From NCBI GenBank assembly GCA_964291235.2, contig OZ219816.1, positions 1,120,001-1,184,000 of the forward strand: 64,000 bases of DNA. The letters run 5' to 3'. The translations under genes were made by a program, and so were the position numbers. The stretch is from Vicinamibacteria bacterium (GTDB lineage Bacteria > Acidobacteriota > Vicinamibacteria > Marinacidobacterales > Marinacidobacteraceae). Positions within the stretch are counted from its first letter, which is position 1. The number at the start of each line of letters is the position of its first letter. The notes under the pieces were generated by a model that was not told the DNA's origin, made no database searches, and saw nothing but the letters and a program-made list of their open reading frames with translations. This document shows, piece after piece, positions 27,321-37,450 of the stretch.

Positions 27321-28481
27321 ATGACAACCAAGAATCTGGCTCTTTTCCTGATGGTCCTGGGGGTGGCGTTCGCCGTTGGCTGCCAGGCGCCCGGAGAACG
27401 GACGAGTGGGGCGCCGCTGGACGACCCGCACGCCGAACACGCCGAAATGCCCGAAGTGGACCCGCACTGGCCCATCCTTCCCAGCGATTGGCTGATCGGG
27501 GAGGTTTCCGGGATCGCGGTGGACATGAACGACCACATCTGGTTGGTCCAGCGTCCCCGCAGCCTGAACGCCGATGAGGCCGGGCTCGCCCAGGATCCGC
27601 CCCTCTCCCAGTGCTGCAATCCCGCGCCGCCGGTGCTCAAGTTCGATGCCGACGGCAACCTGCTCGACAGTTGGGGCGACGCGAACGGTTATCAGGGCGA
27701 GGGCTACGAGTGGCCGGCCAGCGAGCACGGCATCTTCGTGGACCATCTGGGCTTCGTCTGGCTCGCCGGGAACGGCCCGGACGACCATCAGGTTCTGAAG
27801 TTCAGCGGGGACGGCACGTTCGTGATGCAGATCGGGCAGGCGGGCCGCACCGAAGGAAGCAACAGCACCGAGTTCCTGGGCCAGCCGGCGGACATGGAAG
27901 TGGATCCCGAAACGAACGAGCTCTACATCGCGGACGGCTACCTGAACAAGCGGGTCATCGTCTTCGATGCGGAGACGGGCGAGTATCTCCGTCACTGGGG
28001 CGCCTACGGAAACGAGCCCTCGGATGAGGACACCGGCCGCTTCGTTCCCGGTTCCGAGCCCATTCAGCAGTTCCGCACTCCGGTCCACGCGGTGCGGATC
28101 GCCAGGGACGGGATGGTGTACGTCGCGGACCGGGTGAACAACCGGATCCAGGTGTTCCAGAAGGACGGCACCTACGTGAACGAAATGATCGTGGAGGGGA
28201 ACAGCCTCGGGAACGGCTCTACCTGGGACCTCGAGCTCTCGCCGGACGAGGGTCAGGTCGATCTCTATAACGCCGACGGCCAGAACCAGCGGATTCACAT
28301 CATCAACCGCGCCGCCATGGAGATCGAGGGCTACTTCGGCCGCCGCGGCCGCTACGCCGGCCAGTTCCACTGGGTCCACAATGTCGCGGTCGATTCCGCA
28401 GGAAACTTCTATACCGCCGAGGTCAACCAGGGCCGCCGCGCACAGAAGTTCGTGGTGAGTCACGCGGGTCACGTCCACTGA
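27321..28481 (+). CDS. NHL-repeat beta-propeller lipoprotein (peptidyl-alpha-hydroxyglycine lyase-like)
   Basis: Lipobox AVGC; EHGIFVD, YIADGY.NKRV, VYVADRVNNRIQVF, HNVAVDS repeats. Confidence 0.85.
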   Translation: MTTKNLALFLMVLGVAFAVGCQAPGERTSGAPLDDPHAEHAEMPEVDPHWPILPSDWLIGEVSGIAVDMNDHIWLVQRPRSLNADEAGLAQDPPLSQCCNPAPPVLKFDADGNLLDSWGDANGYQGEGYEWPASEHGIFVDHLGFVWLAGNGPDDHQVLKFSGDGTFVMQIGQAGRTEGSNSTEFLGQPADMEVDPETNELYIADGYLNKRVIVFDAETGEYLRHWGAYGNEPSDEDTGRFVPGSEPIQQFRTPVHAVRIARDGMVYVADRVNNRIQVFQKDGTYVNEMIVEGNSLGNGSTWDLELSPDEGQVDLYNADGQNQRIHIINRAAMEIEGYFGRRGRYAGQFHWVHNVAVDSAGNFYTAEVNQGRRAQKFVVSHAGHVH

Positions 28482-28580
28482 CCCACTCCCGGGTTGGAGA
28501 ATCCCCGGGAACACCCTGACCAAACGGACCGGGCGCTGCTTCTTAGAGGAGGCGCCCGGCCGTTTTCGGTCTGACCCGGC

Positions 28581-29930
28581 ATGAACGAGGGGCTGGCGGC
28601 TGCCATGCGGAAGTCCAGGCGGGCCGCGGCGTCTCTGCTCGCCGCCACCCTGCTCCTCTTGCCGGTTGCCCCGCGGCCGGCTGTGGGGCACGACATTCCC
28701 GATGAAGTCCGCATTCCGGTCTTCGTCCGGGAGGCGAACGGCGAGTTGCACCTGGTGGCCCGGGTGCCCTTGCTCCTGCTGCTCTCGCTGAACGTCCCCA
28801 AATGGGGCGCCGGCTACCTCGACTTCGAGCGAGCCGACCCGGTGCTGCAGCGCGCGGCCGAGGTGTTCGCCGCCGAAGCGCCCCTCTTTCATCCGGACGG
28901 CAGCCTGCTGCCTCCCACCGTCCGCGCCTATCGCGTCGCCCTGCCGTGGGACCGTTCCTTCACCGATTTCGCGTCGGCGCGGGATACGGTGCTGTCGGAG
29001 CCGCTGCCGGCCGACACCCAGGTCTTCTGGAACCAGGGCTTCCTGGACTTTTATCTGACCTATCCGGTCCCCGCGGAGGGGAGCGTTTCGGTCGAATGCA
29101 ACGTGGCGCCCGGCTTTGGCGACCGCGTGGCGCTCGACGTGCTCTACGAACGCCGGGATGAGGGCGGGGAGGACTGGAGGAGCAATCTCTTCCACATCAG
29201 CGTTCGGGAAGGCCGGGTGGTGCTCGACCCGACGCCCTTCCAGGCCTTCTTTGCCTTCGGCCGTTCCGGCGTCGAGCACATTCTCACCGGCTGGGACCAC
29301 CTTCTCTTCCTGATCTGTCTCATCGCTCCGTTTGGGCGTCTCTCACGCCTCAAACACCTGCTGATCATGGTGACCGGGTTTACCGTCGCGCATTCGGTGA
29401 CCCTGGTGACGGCGGCTCTGGGGCACGCGCCCGAGGCGCCGTGGTTCGTCCCGCTCGTCGAGGGAGTGGTGGCGCTCTCGATCCTGTACACCGCGATCGA
29501 GAATCTGATTTCCGCAAGCGTGACGCGGCGGGCGATCCTCGCGTTCGTCTTCGGTTTGTTCCACGGTTTCGGTTTCGCCTTCGCGCTCGGCGAATCGCTC
29601 GCCTTCGCCGGCGATCACCTGCCGCTGGCGCTCTTCTCGTTCAACCTGGGAGTGGAAGCCGGGCAGGCCGCCGTGGTGTTGGCGGTGATCCCGCTACTGC
29701 ATCTCCTGAGCGGGACGGACCGTTCCCGCTTCGCGGTGAGTGCTTTGTTGTCGGTGGTGGGCGGCCACGCCGCGTGGCACCTGCTGGAAACGCGGCTCAC
29801 CGAGCTCTCGCGGGCCTGGGCGATCTCCGGGGGAGTGCCGCCGTCGTGGTCGTGGCTGCTGTGGCCGCTCGCGATTGCCGGCGTCCTCGGCTGGGGGATC
29901 GTGATGATGCGCCGGAGGCGGGCAGCCTGA
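28581..29930 (+). CDS. HupE/UreJ-family membrane protein with N-terminal extracytoplasmic domain
   Basis: Signal peptide then HD; GVEHILTGWDHLLF, FTVAHSVTL, FGLFHGFGFA, FNLGVEAGQ. Confidence 0.88.
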   Translation: MNEGLAAAMRKSRRAAASLLAATLLLLPVAPRPAVGHDIPDEVRIPVFVREANGELHLVARVPLLLLLSLNVPKWGAGYLDFERADPVLQRAAEVFAAEAPLFHPDGSLLPPTVRAYRVALPWDRSFTDFASARDTVLSEPLPADTQVFWNQGFLDFYLTYPVPAEGSVSVECNVAPGFGDRVALDVLYERRDEGGEDWRSNLFHISVREGRVVLDPTPFQAFFAFGRSGVEHILTGWDHLLFLICLIAPFGRLSRLKHLLIMVTGFTVAHSVTLVTAALGHAPEAPWFVPLVEGVVALSILYTAIENLISASVTRRAILAFVFGLFHGFGFAFALGESLAFAGDHLPLALFSFNLGVEAGQAAVVLAVIPLLHLLSGTDRSRFAVSALLSVVGGHAAWHLLETRLTELSRAWAISGGVPPSWSWLLWPLAIAGVLGWGIVMMRRRRAA

Positions 29931-30010
29931 AAACGGCGAGCGCCCCGCGAACCGGGCGCGGCGGGAGCGCCGGGAATTGGGCGTCCGCCGGGCGGTAAGA
30001 TGCGGCCCCG

Positions 30011-31090
30011 ATGAATCCTCCCGTGTCCGCTCCCGCTTCTCCCATCCGTATCGAGCAGGTCTCCGAATCCCGGTTACCTCAGGTGGACCTCGCCAACGTT
30101 TCCTTTGGCCGGGTGTACAGCGACCACATGCTCAGTGCCCGGTGCCGGGACGGTGTCTGGAACGATCCGGAGATCGTTCCCTTCGGAGACCTCGCGCTCC
30201 ACCCGGCTACGGCGGTGCTCCACTACGCGCAGGCGATTTTCGAGGGAATGAAGGCGCACCTCACGGACGATGGGACGCCCGTACTTTTCCGGCCGGACGA
30301 GAACTGGCGGCGAATGAACCGGTCGGCGCGGCGCCTGGTGATGACCGAGGTGCCCGAGGACATTTTCCTGGGTGGCGTCCGGGAACTCGTCCGACTGGAC
30401 CGCGACTGGATTCCTCCAAACGAGTTCGGTTCGCTCTACATCCGGCCCTTGCTGTTTGCATCCGATCCGTACATCGGCGTGAGCCCGTCGCGGGAATACC
30501 GGTTCGTCATCTTCACTGCCCCGGTGGGCGCCTACTACGAGGGCTCGGTGAGCCTCTACGTGACCAGGAAATGGATCCGGGCGGCGGACGGGGGTATCGG
30601 CGAGGCGAAGGCGGCGGGGAACTACTCGGCCAGCTACTACGGGATGAAAGAGGCCCGGGAACACGGCTGCGACAACGTGCTCTGGCTCGATTCCAGGGAA
30701 CATCGTTTCGTCGAGGAGTGCGGGACCATGAACATGATGTTCGTGATCGGCGACCGGGTCGTGACGCCCCCGCTGGGGGGAACGATCCTCCCGGGTGTCA
30801 CCCGGGACAGCGCCATCCGGCTCCTCCGCGACCAGTTGGGAACGGCGGTCGAAGAGCGCCCGATTTCCATCGAGGAAGTGGCCGAGGCGCACGCAGCGGG
30901 CACCCTCCGCGAATGCTTCGGCGTGGGGACCGCCGCCGTGGTGACGCCGGTCGCCCGGCTCACCGGCGGCGGAGTGGAGGTCAGGCTTCCGGAAGAAACC
31001 CCGGTTCAGGACGCGCTGCGGGATCTGCTCACGGGGATTCGCCTCGGCCGTTTGCCCGATCCCTACGGCTGGGTGGACCGCCTCCGTTAG
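30011..31090 (+). CDS. ilvE: Branched-chain amino acid aminotransferase
   Basis: LHYAQAIFEGMKA, LYIRP, AKAAGNY, EECGTMN, ILPGVTRDS, GTAAVVTP. Confidence 0.93.
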   Translation: MNPPVSAPASPIRIEQVSESRLPQVDLANVSFGRVYSDHMLSARCRDGVWNDPEIVPFGDLALHPATAVLHYAQAIFEGMKAHLTDDGTPVLFRPDENWRRMNRSARRLVMTEVPEDIFLGGVRELVRLDRDWIPPNEFGSLYIRPLLFASDPYIGVSPSREYRFVIFTAPVGAYYEGSVSLYVTRKWIRAADGGIGEAKAAGNYSASYYGMKEAREHGCDNVLWLDSREHRFVEECGTMNMMFVIGDRVVTPPLGGTILPGVTRDSAIRLLRDQLGTAVEERPISIEEVAEAHAAGTLRECFGVGTAAVVTPVARLTGGGVEVRLPEETPVQDALRDLLTGIRLGRLPDPYGWVDRLR

Positions 31091-31102
31091 CGAGCCGTCC
31101 TC

Positions 31103-32371
31103 TTGACGGACTCGCGCGGCCTCCCGGCCGCCGCAGCGGTTCTCCTGGCGTCGGCCCTGGTTTCGTGCGGTTCGCCCGCGGGAGATCCGCTCGCCCCCGG
31201 CAGAGTACTGCCCGGCCTCGACCGGCTGGTTGCGGAAGGGGCCGGCGACCTGCGCGGAAAGCGGGTGGGTCTGATCACGAATCACACGGGCCGGACCATC
31301 GCCGGTCAACCCGCGGCTCTCGCGCTCATGGAAGCGGGGGTAGGCGTTGAGGTGCTCTTCAGTCCGGAGCACGGTGTCACGGGGGCGGTCGCCGCGGGCG
31401 AGGAGATTGCTTCGGGGGTGAATCCCGAAACCGGCTTGCCGGTGGTGAGCCTCTACGGCGAGCAACGGACCCCGAATGAGGGATCGCTCGCCGGGCTGGA
31501 CGCCCTCGTTTTCGACATCCAGGACGTCGGAGTCCGCTTTTACACCTACATCTCGACGCTCAGGAACGCGCTGGTCGCGGCTTCCGGGGCGGGTCTCGAG
31601 TTCTGGGTTCTCGACCGCCCCAATCCGAACGGCGGCGACCGGGTCGAAGGGCCAATGCTGGATCCGGAATTCCGTTCGTTCGTGGGCACCGACCGGCTGC
31701 CGCTGCTGCACGGGATGACAGTGGGGGAACTGGCGCAGTTGTTCGCCGCGCGGGAGGGAGCCGCGGTGCGGGTGGTCCCCGTTGCGAATCTGGCCCGCGA
31801 CACCCGCTGGGAGGACACCGGCCTTCGCTGGCGGCCTCCATCGCCCAACATCCCGACCCTCGAGACCGCCCTCCTGTATCCGGGGTTCGGGCTCTTCGAG
31901 GGCGTCGCGGTCTCGGAGGGGCGCGGCACTCCGACCCCCTTTCTCGTGGTGGGAGCCCCGTGGGTGGATCCCGCCGCCTGGTTGGCGCAACTCGGAGGCC
32001 CGGCAGGGCTTCCGGGGATGCGGCTGAGCCCGGCGCGCTTCACCCCCAGGCGGGTTCGGGCGGCTCCGAACCCGCGCTTCGCCGACGAAGAAAGCCACGG
32101 ACTGCGCGTCGAAATCACCGATCTCGCTGCTTTTCGGCCCGTGCGCAGCGGGCTTCAGGCGATCGATGCGGTCCGCCGTTCCCATTCGGAGGATTTTCGG
32201 TGGCGGGCGAGCGGCGATGGCTACTGGCTGGACCTGCTGCTCGGGACCGATCGGGTGCGGCGGGGAATCGACGCCGGCATCCCGGTGAGCGAGCTGATGG
32301 CCTCCGAGGATGCCGCTGTCGGTGAATTCCTCGAGGAGAGGCGCCGTCACCTTCTCTATCCCGACCGATGA
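31103..32371 (+). CDS. DUF1343 / NamZ-like exo-beta-N-acetylmuramidase, lipoprotein
   Basis: GLITNHTG, FSPEHG, FDIQDVGVRFYTY, LDRPNP, HGMTVGELA, SPNIP, SEGRGT. Confidence 0.88.
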   Translation: MTDSRGLPAAAAVLLASALVSCGSPAGDPLAPGRVLPGLDRLVAEGAGDLRGKRVGLITNHTGRTIAGQPAALALMEAGVGVEVLFSPEHGVTGAVAAGEEIASGVNPETGLPVVSLYGEQRTPNEGSLAGLDALVFDIQDVGVRFYTYISTLRNALVAASGAGLEFWVLDRPNPNGGDRVEGPMLDPEFRSFVGTDRLPLLHGMTVGELAQLFAAREGAAVRVVPVANLARDTRWEDTGLRWRPPSPNIPTLETALLYPGFGLFEGVAVSEGRGTPTPFLVVGAPWVDPAAWLAQLGGPAGLPGMRLSPARFTPRRVRAAPNPRFADEESHGLRVEITDLAAFRPVRSGLQAIDAVRRSHSEDFRWRASGDGYWLDLLLGTDRVRRGIDAGIPVSELMASEDAAVGEFLEERRRHLLYPDR

Positions 32372-33366
32372 GCGCTGAGCCGCCGGTTGCCCTGGAATCC
32401 TCCGGGACCGGTTTGCCGGACCCCGGACGGCCTGAAGAGGGGGCTGAGGGCCGGGCCGGGGTCCGCGGGCGGCCGCGGCTGCTGCTTCCGGCGGCGCTGT
32501 TCCTCGCCACGGTCGCGACCACCTTGTGGGTCGGAGGAGCGCTCGGAATTGCCGCCGAGTCACCGGAACTCTTCCGGGATCCCGGCGGCACTCGTTCCGG
32601 CCTTCAGTGGACGCTGCTGTGGATTCGGCACGGAATCCCGTATTCCTTTTCGCTGCTGCTGATCCTGCTCTGCCACGAGTTCGGGCACTACCTGACGGCG
32701 CGCCACTACCGGGTGGATGCGAGTCTGCCCTACTTCCTCCCGATGCCGTTCACGATGGTGGGGACGCTCGGCGCTTTCATTCGGATTCGCGCCCCTTTTC
32801 CGAACCGGCGGGCGCTCATCGACGTCGGCCTCGCCGGGCCGATCGCCGGGTTCCTGGTGTGTCTCCCGTTCCTGGCGGCGGGGGTCGCCGCCTCGCGGCC
32901 CGGGCCTATGGTTGCCGGCGGGCTGCAGTTCGGAGAACCGATCCTCTTTCGGCTGTTCGCGTCGGCCTTTGGCCCCACGGTTCCCGACGGAGAGGTGCTG
33001 TATCTGAGCCCCATGGGGCTGGCCGCCTGGTTCGGACTGTTGGTCACGGCCATCAATTTGCTGCCGATGGGCCAACTCGACGGCGGCCACGCGCTCTACG
33101 CCGTGCTCCGGGGGCGGGCCGCCCGGTTTTCGCGGGCGGTGCACCTGCTCATGTTCGCACTGGCGGTGTGGTCGCCCACCTGGCTGGTGTGGGGACTGCT
33201 GTGTCTGTTGCTCGGCGCCCGCCGGCCGCATCCGCCGACCCTTGACGACCGAGCTCCGCTGGGCAGGAGCCGCCACCTGCTGGCTGCGGCCGGGGTCGCT
33301 ACCTTCGTCCTTTGCTTTACGCCGCAACCCATCGTCATGGATTGGGGAATGCTCTTCGGCTCCTGA
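32368..33366 (+). CDS. Site-2 protease (M50) family membrane metalloprotease
   Basis: HEFGH, AGPIAG, NLLPMGQLDGGH. Confidence 0.9.
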   Translation: MSAEPPVALESSGTGLPDPGRPEEGAEGRAGVRGRPRLLLPAALFLATVATTLWVGGALGIAAESPELFRDPGGTRSGLQWTLLWIRHGIPYSFSLLLILLCHEFGHYLTARHYRVDASLPYFLPMPFTMVGTLGAFIRIRAPFPNRRALIDVGLAGPIAGFLVCLPFLAAGVAASRPGPMVAGGLQFGEPILFRLFASAFGPTVPDGEVLYLSPMGLAAWFGLLVTAINLLPMGQLDGGHALYAVLRGRAARFSRAVHLLMFALAVWSPTWLVWGLLCLLLGARRPHPPTLDDRAPLGRSRHLLAAAGVATFVLCFTPQPIVMDWGMLFGS

Positions 33367-33432
33367 GCGGCCCGAGGCGGCGGGCGGGCGGGACCCGGGC
33401 AGGGGGTTCCGGGCAACCCCCGGGCCTGCGCG

Positions 33433-33461
33433 TTGACAGGGGCCGTCCGGGGCTCTACCGT
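33433..33461 (+). promoter_or_regulatory. Putative sigma70 promoter of the leu operon
   Basis: TTGACA (33433-33438), 17 nt spacer, TACCGT (33456-33461), about 100 nt upstream of the leuA ATG. Confidence 0.55.
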
Positions 33462-33561
33462 TGGGATGACGGCATGCCCCGGCGACCGTAACGGTCGCCG
33501 GGGTCATTCTTCATTCGGGCCGAATGCAACCGGGTTCGGCTCTTTCGGGGGACAACCCAAC

Positions 33562-34767
33562 ATGAAATCCACCCCTGCATCGGACCGCGTCCTGGTATTC
33601 GATACGACGCTCCGGGACGGCGAACAGTCACCGGGCTGCAGCATGGGTCTCGAAGGAAAGCTTCGGATGGCCCGGCAGCTCGCGCGACTTAGGGTGGACA
33701 TTCTGGAAGCGGGTTTCCCGGCGGTTTCCGAGGGGGACCGGGAAGCGGTGCAGGCGATCGCGCGCGAGGTTGAGGGGCCCCGGATTGCGGCGCTTGCCCG
33801 CTGCGTCCCGGGCGACATCGATGCGGCCTGGGACTCCCTCCGCGACGCCCCGAGGGCTCGGCTTCACGTCTTTCTGGCCACCAGCGCCCTCCACCGTGAG
33901 TTCAAGCTCCGGATGGCGAAACGGGAGATCGTGCGGCGGACCGCGGAGTCGGTGGCGGCGGCTCGCGAACGGACCGAGGATGTGGAGTTCTCCCCGGAGG
34001 ATGGTTCCAGGACGGAACCCGATTTCCTGGCGGAGGTCGTGGAGACGGCGATCGACGCGGGTGCATCCACGGTGAACATCCCGGATACCGTCGGCTACAC
34101 GATGCCGGCCGAGTTCAGCGCGCTGATCGGCCACCTTCGCCGGACGGTGCCGAACATCGACAAGGCCGTGATCAGCGTCCACTGCCATAACGATCTGGGC
34201 ATGGCGGTGGCGAACAGCCTCGCCGCGGTGGAGGCGGGCGCCCGGCAGGTCGAATGCACGGTGAACGGCATCGGGGAGCGCGCGGGGAACGCCTCGCTCG
34301 AGGAAATCGTGATGAGCCTTCGGACCCGGCGCGATCTCTATCCGGTGGACACCGGGATCGACACCCGCGAGATCTACCCTTCCAGCACCGTGCTGTGCGA
34401 GATCACCGGTATGGTCGTGCAGCGGAACAAGGCGATCGTGGGGCAGAACGCGTTCGCCCACGAGGCCGGCATCCATCAGCACGGAGTGCTGCGGAACCGC
34501 GCCACCTACGAAATCATGCATCCGCACGATGTCGGCGTGCCCGGCAATGTCCTGGTGCTCGGCAAGCACAGCGGCCGGCACGCTCTCAGGGCCCGTCTCG
34601 GCCAACTGGGCTTTCAGCCCGCGGAAAACGAGATGGACGGCATCTTCCGCGATTTCAAGAGGCTCGCCGATCGGATCCGGGAAGTGGACGATGCGGACCT
34701 CACCGCCCTGATGGGACAGCGATCGGTGGGCCGGTCGGAGGGTGTGGAGGCCGTCTCCTCTCCCTGA
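33562..34767 (+). CDS. leuA: 2-isopropylmalate synthase, short form lacking the C-terminal regulatory domain
   Basis: DTTLRDGEQSPG, HCHNDLG, GIGERAGN, AHEAGIHQHG, LGKHSGRHA; about 400 aa. Confidence 0.9.
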   Translation: MKSTPASDRVLVFDTTLRDGEQSPGCSMGLEGKLRMARQLARLRVDILEAGFPAVSEGDREAVQAIAREVEGPRIAALARCVPGDIDAAWDSLRDAPRARLHVFLATSALHREFKLRMAKREIVRRTAESVAAARERTEDVEFSPEDGSRTEPDFLAEVVETAIDAGASTVNIPDTVGYTMPAEFSALIGHLRRTVPNIDKAVISVHCHNDLGMAVANSLAAVEAGARQVECTVNGIGERAGNASLEEIVMSLRTRRDLYPVDTGIDTREIYPSSTVLCEITGMVVQRNKAIVGQNAFAHEAGIHQHGVLRNRATYEIMHPHDVGVPGNVLVLGKHSGRHALRARLGQLGFQPAENEMDGIFRDFKRLADRIREVDDADLTALMGQRSVGRSEGVEAVSSP

Positions 34768-34883
34768 CCAGCCTGCCTGACACGTTTCCCGGACAAGTTT
34801 CCACCGGTGCGAGGCCGATCCCGGCGAATCCGGAGGGCCGATTCCGGCACCGTACGCGCGCCGTCGTATAGGCTCCGCGCCCC

Positions 34884-35426
34884 TTGCCCGAGAAAAAGAC
34901 TCCCAGCCCCCGCGCCTCGCTCGAAAAACGGCCGTTCAAGGTGCTGTCACGGGTTGCGGAACTTGAGGACTCCGGCGATTTGCCGGCACTATTGGGCCCG
35001 TTGGTGGCGAAGCGGCATCCGTTCGCCGCCTACCGAAAGGCCGCCCGTGAGCTCGTCGCCGAGCGCGCCGAGGCGCGCGCGAAGCGCCTTGGCGAACCAA
35101 GTCTCTCCGCGGGGGAGCAGGAGCAACTCAGGCGAGCGGGGAGTCGGCTCCTCGGTCTTTCCGACGGGAGTTCGCCGCTTGTCGGTTTCTCGGACGAGGC
35201 GCTCGAAGCGGTGCGCACCGAGCGCGATCCGGAGCGGCTCGCGGTCCGTCTGGGCGAACTCGACCCGGCCGGCGAGTGGGAAGGAGTTCCCCGGATGGGA
35301 TTGTTGACGGGGTTGGTCCTGGTCGCGGTGTCCTCCGAATCGGAGCGCCGCTGGCGATTGAAGGAAGAGGACAATCGCAAGCGCACGCGGCGCGGCCGCG
35401 GAACCGAAGAAGAGATACGGCGATGA
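34884..35426 (+). CDS. Hypothetical protein between leuA and leuC
   Basis: 180-aa helical-looking ORF whose stop overlaps the leuC ATG (ATGA). Confidence 0.55.
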   Translation: MPEKKTPSPRASLEKRPFKVLSRVAELEDSGDLPALLGPLVAKRHPFAAYRKAARELVAERAEARAKRLGEPSLSAGEQEQLRRAGSRLLGLSDGSSPLVGFSDEALEAVRTERDPERLAVRLGELDPAGEWEGVPRMGLLTGLVLVAVSSESERRWRLKEEDNRKRTRRGRGTEEEIRR

Positions 35427-36823
35427 ACGCGCCCCGCACCCTGTTCGACAAGATCTGGGACGCCCACGAGGCCGTTCCGGCCGGTCCGGACCATCCGGCG
35501 GTGATCTACGTGGATACCCACCTGATCCATGAGGTGACATCCCCGCAGGCTTTCGGACTGCTTCGGGAGCGCGGGCTACGGGTGCGGCGGCCGGACAGGA
35601 CCTGGGCGACGGTGGATCACTCGATCCCCACCCGGTTTGTCGGCGGGCAACCCGCATTCCTGAATCGGGCCACCCGCAATCAGGTTGCCACCCTCGAGGA
35701 AAACTGCGAGGAACACGGGATTCCCCTGTTCCGGATGGGTGATCCTGGACAGGGGATCGTCCACGTAATCGGTCCTGAACTCGGACTCACCCAGCCGGGA
35801 CGAACCATCGTCTGCGGCGACAGCCACACGAGCACCCACGGAGCGTTCGGAGCCTGGGCATTCGGGATCGGCACCACCGAGGTGGCCCAGGTTCTCGCAA
35901 CCCAGTGCCTGCTTCAGGAGCGGCCCCGAACGCTGAGCATTGAGGTTTCGGGACGGCTTGGGCCCGGAGTCTCGGCAAAGGACCTGATCCTCGGGGTCAT
36001 CCGGAAGTTCGGGGTGGCCGCCGGCCGGGGACACGTCATCGAGTACCGGGGCAGCGCCGTGCGGGCACTCGACATGGAAGCGCGGATGACGCTTTGCAAC
36101 ATGTCCATCGAAGCGGGAGCGCGCGCCGGCTTGATCGCGCCGGACGAGACGACCTTCGCGTATCTCGAGGGAAAGGAACACGTCCCGTCCGGAGCCGGTT
36201 TCCACAACCTGGTGGAACAGTGGCGCCGGCTGCCTTCCGACGACGGGGCTTCGTTCGACAGATCTCTCTCCTTCGACGCCGGCTCCCTGGAACCCATGGT
36301 GACCTGGGGCACAAACCCGGGGATGTCTTGCGGTATCTCGGAAGCGGTTCCGGCGCCGGTGGATGCCGAGCAACGCGCGGCGCTCGACTACATGGGGATC
36401 GAGGCGGGGCGCCCCCTTCTCGGCCGCCCCGCCGACGTCGTCTTCATCGGGAGCTGCACGAACGCCCGGATCTCCGATCTGCGGGCGGCAGCCCGGGTGC
36501 TGGCGGGACGTCGAACGAGTTCCCGCACCCGGCTCCTGGTGGTTCCGGGATCGGCGGCCGTCCGCCGCCAGGCCGAAGCCGAGGGGCTCGACGAGGTGTT
36601 CCGGAGCGCCGGAGCCGAATGGCGGGCGCCGGGGTGTTCCATGTGCATCGCGATGAACGGCGACCGTCTGGCTCCTCAGGAACTGGCGGTCTCGACGTCG
36701 AACCGCAATTTCCAGGGTCGGCAGGGGCCCGGCGGCCGGACGGTCCTGGCGTCGCCGGTGACGGCGGCGGCCTCGGCACTGGTCGGGGCAGTGGCCGACC
36801 CGAGACCCCTCCTCTCCGAGTAG
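35423..36823 (+). CDS. leuC: 3-isopropylmalate dehydratase large subunit
   Basis: [50 protein letters not shown]. Confidence 0.95.
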   Translation: MNAPRTLFDKIWDAHEAVPAGPDHPAVIYVDTHLIHEVTSPQAFGLLRERGLRVRRPDRTWATVDHSIPTRFVGGQPAFLNRATRNQVATLEENCEEHGIPLFRMGDPGQGIVHVIGPELGLTQPGRTIVCGDSHTSTHGAFGAWAFGIGTTEVAQVLATQCLLQERPRTLSIEVSGRLGPGVSAKDLILGVIRKFGVAAGRGHVIEYRGSAVRALDMEARMTLCNMSIEAGARAGLIAPDETTFAYLEGKEHVPSGAGFHNLVEQWRRLPSDDGASFDRSLSFDAGSLEPMVTWGTNPGMSCGISEAVPAPVDAEQRAALDYMGIEAGRPLLGRPADVVFIGSCTNARISDLRAAARVLAGRRTSSRTRLLVVPGSAAVRRQAEAEGLDEVFRSAGAEWRAPGCSMCIAMNGDRLAPQELAVSTSNRNFQGRQGPGGRTVLASPVTAAASALVGAVADPRPLLSE

Positions 36824-36835
36824 CAGGAGTCCCAG

Positions 36836-37450
36836 ATGGAACCCGTGATTCGAATCGCGTCGCGCACCGTGGTGCTCGCCGCCGACAACGTGGACACCGA
36901 TCAGATCATTCCGGCCCGGTTCTTGACCGGTACGCGTCGGGACGGGCTGGGAACGGCGCTGTTCGCCGATTGGCGACACGACGCCGGGGGGGAGCTGCGG
37001 GCGGATTTTCCGCTCAACCGCCCGGAGGCCACCGGCGCGCGCATCCTGGTAGCCGGCGCCAACTTCGGCTGCGGTTCGTCGCGCGAACACGCGCCGTGGG
37101 CGCTGACCGACTATGGGTTCCGGGCCGTGGTGAGTCCCTCGATCGCAGACATCTTCAAGGGAAACGCCGTCCGGAACGGTCTCGTGCCCGTCGAATTGGA
37201 ACCGGCCGCGCACCAGGCGCTGCTGACCCGTCCGGGCGCAGAGATCGTGATTGACGTGAAAGCGGGCACCGTCACGCTCCCGGAGGGAGATACGGCGCAC
37301 TTCGATCTTCCTCCTTTCGCCCGCCGCTGCCTCCTCAGCGGACGGGGGCCGCTGGATTTCCTGTTGGAACAGGAGCCGGCCATTTCCCGCTACGAGGAGG
37401 GAGGCGGGGCGGCCGGCACGAACGCCCCACCGGGCGCTCCCCGCCGGTAG
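36836..37450 (+). CDS. leuD: 3-isopropylmalate dehydratase small subunit
   Basis: NVDTDQIIPARFL, NFGCGSSREHAPWAL. Confidence 0.95.
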   Translation: MEPVIRIASRTVVLAADNVDTDQIIPARFLTGTRRDGLGTALFADWRHDAGGELRADFPLNRPEATGARILVAGANFGCGSSREHAPWALTDYGFRAVVSPSIADIFKGNAVRNGLVPVELEPAAHQALLTRPGAEIVIDVKAGTVTLPEGDTAHFDLPPFARRCLLSGRGPLDFLLEQEPAISRYEEGGGAAGTNAPPGAPRR

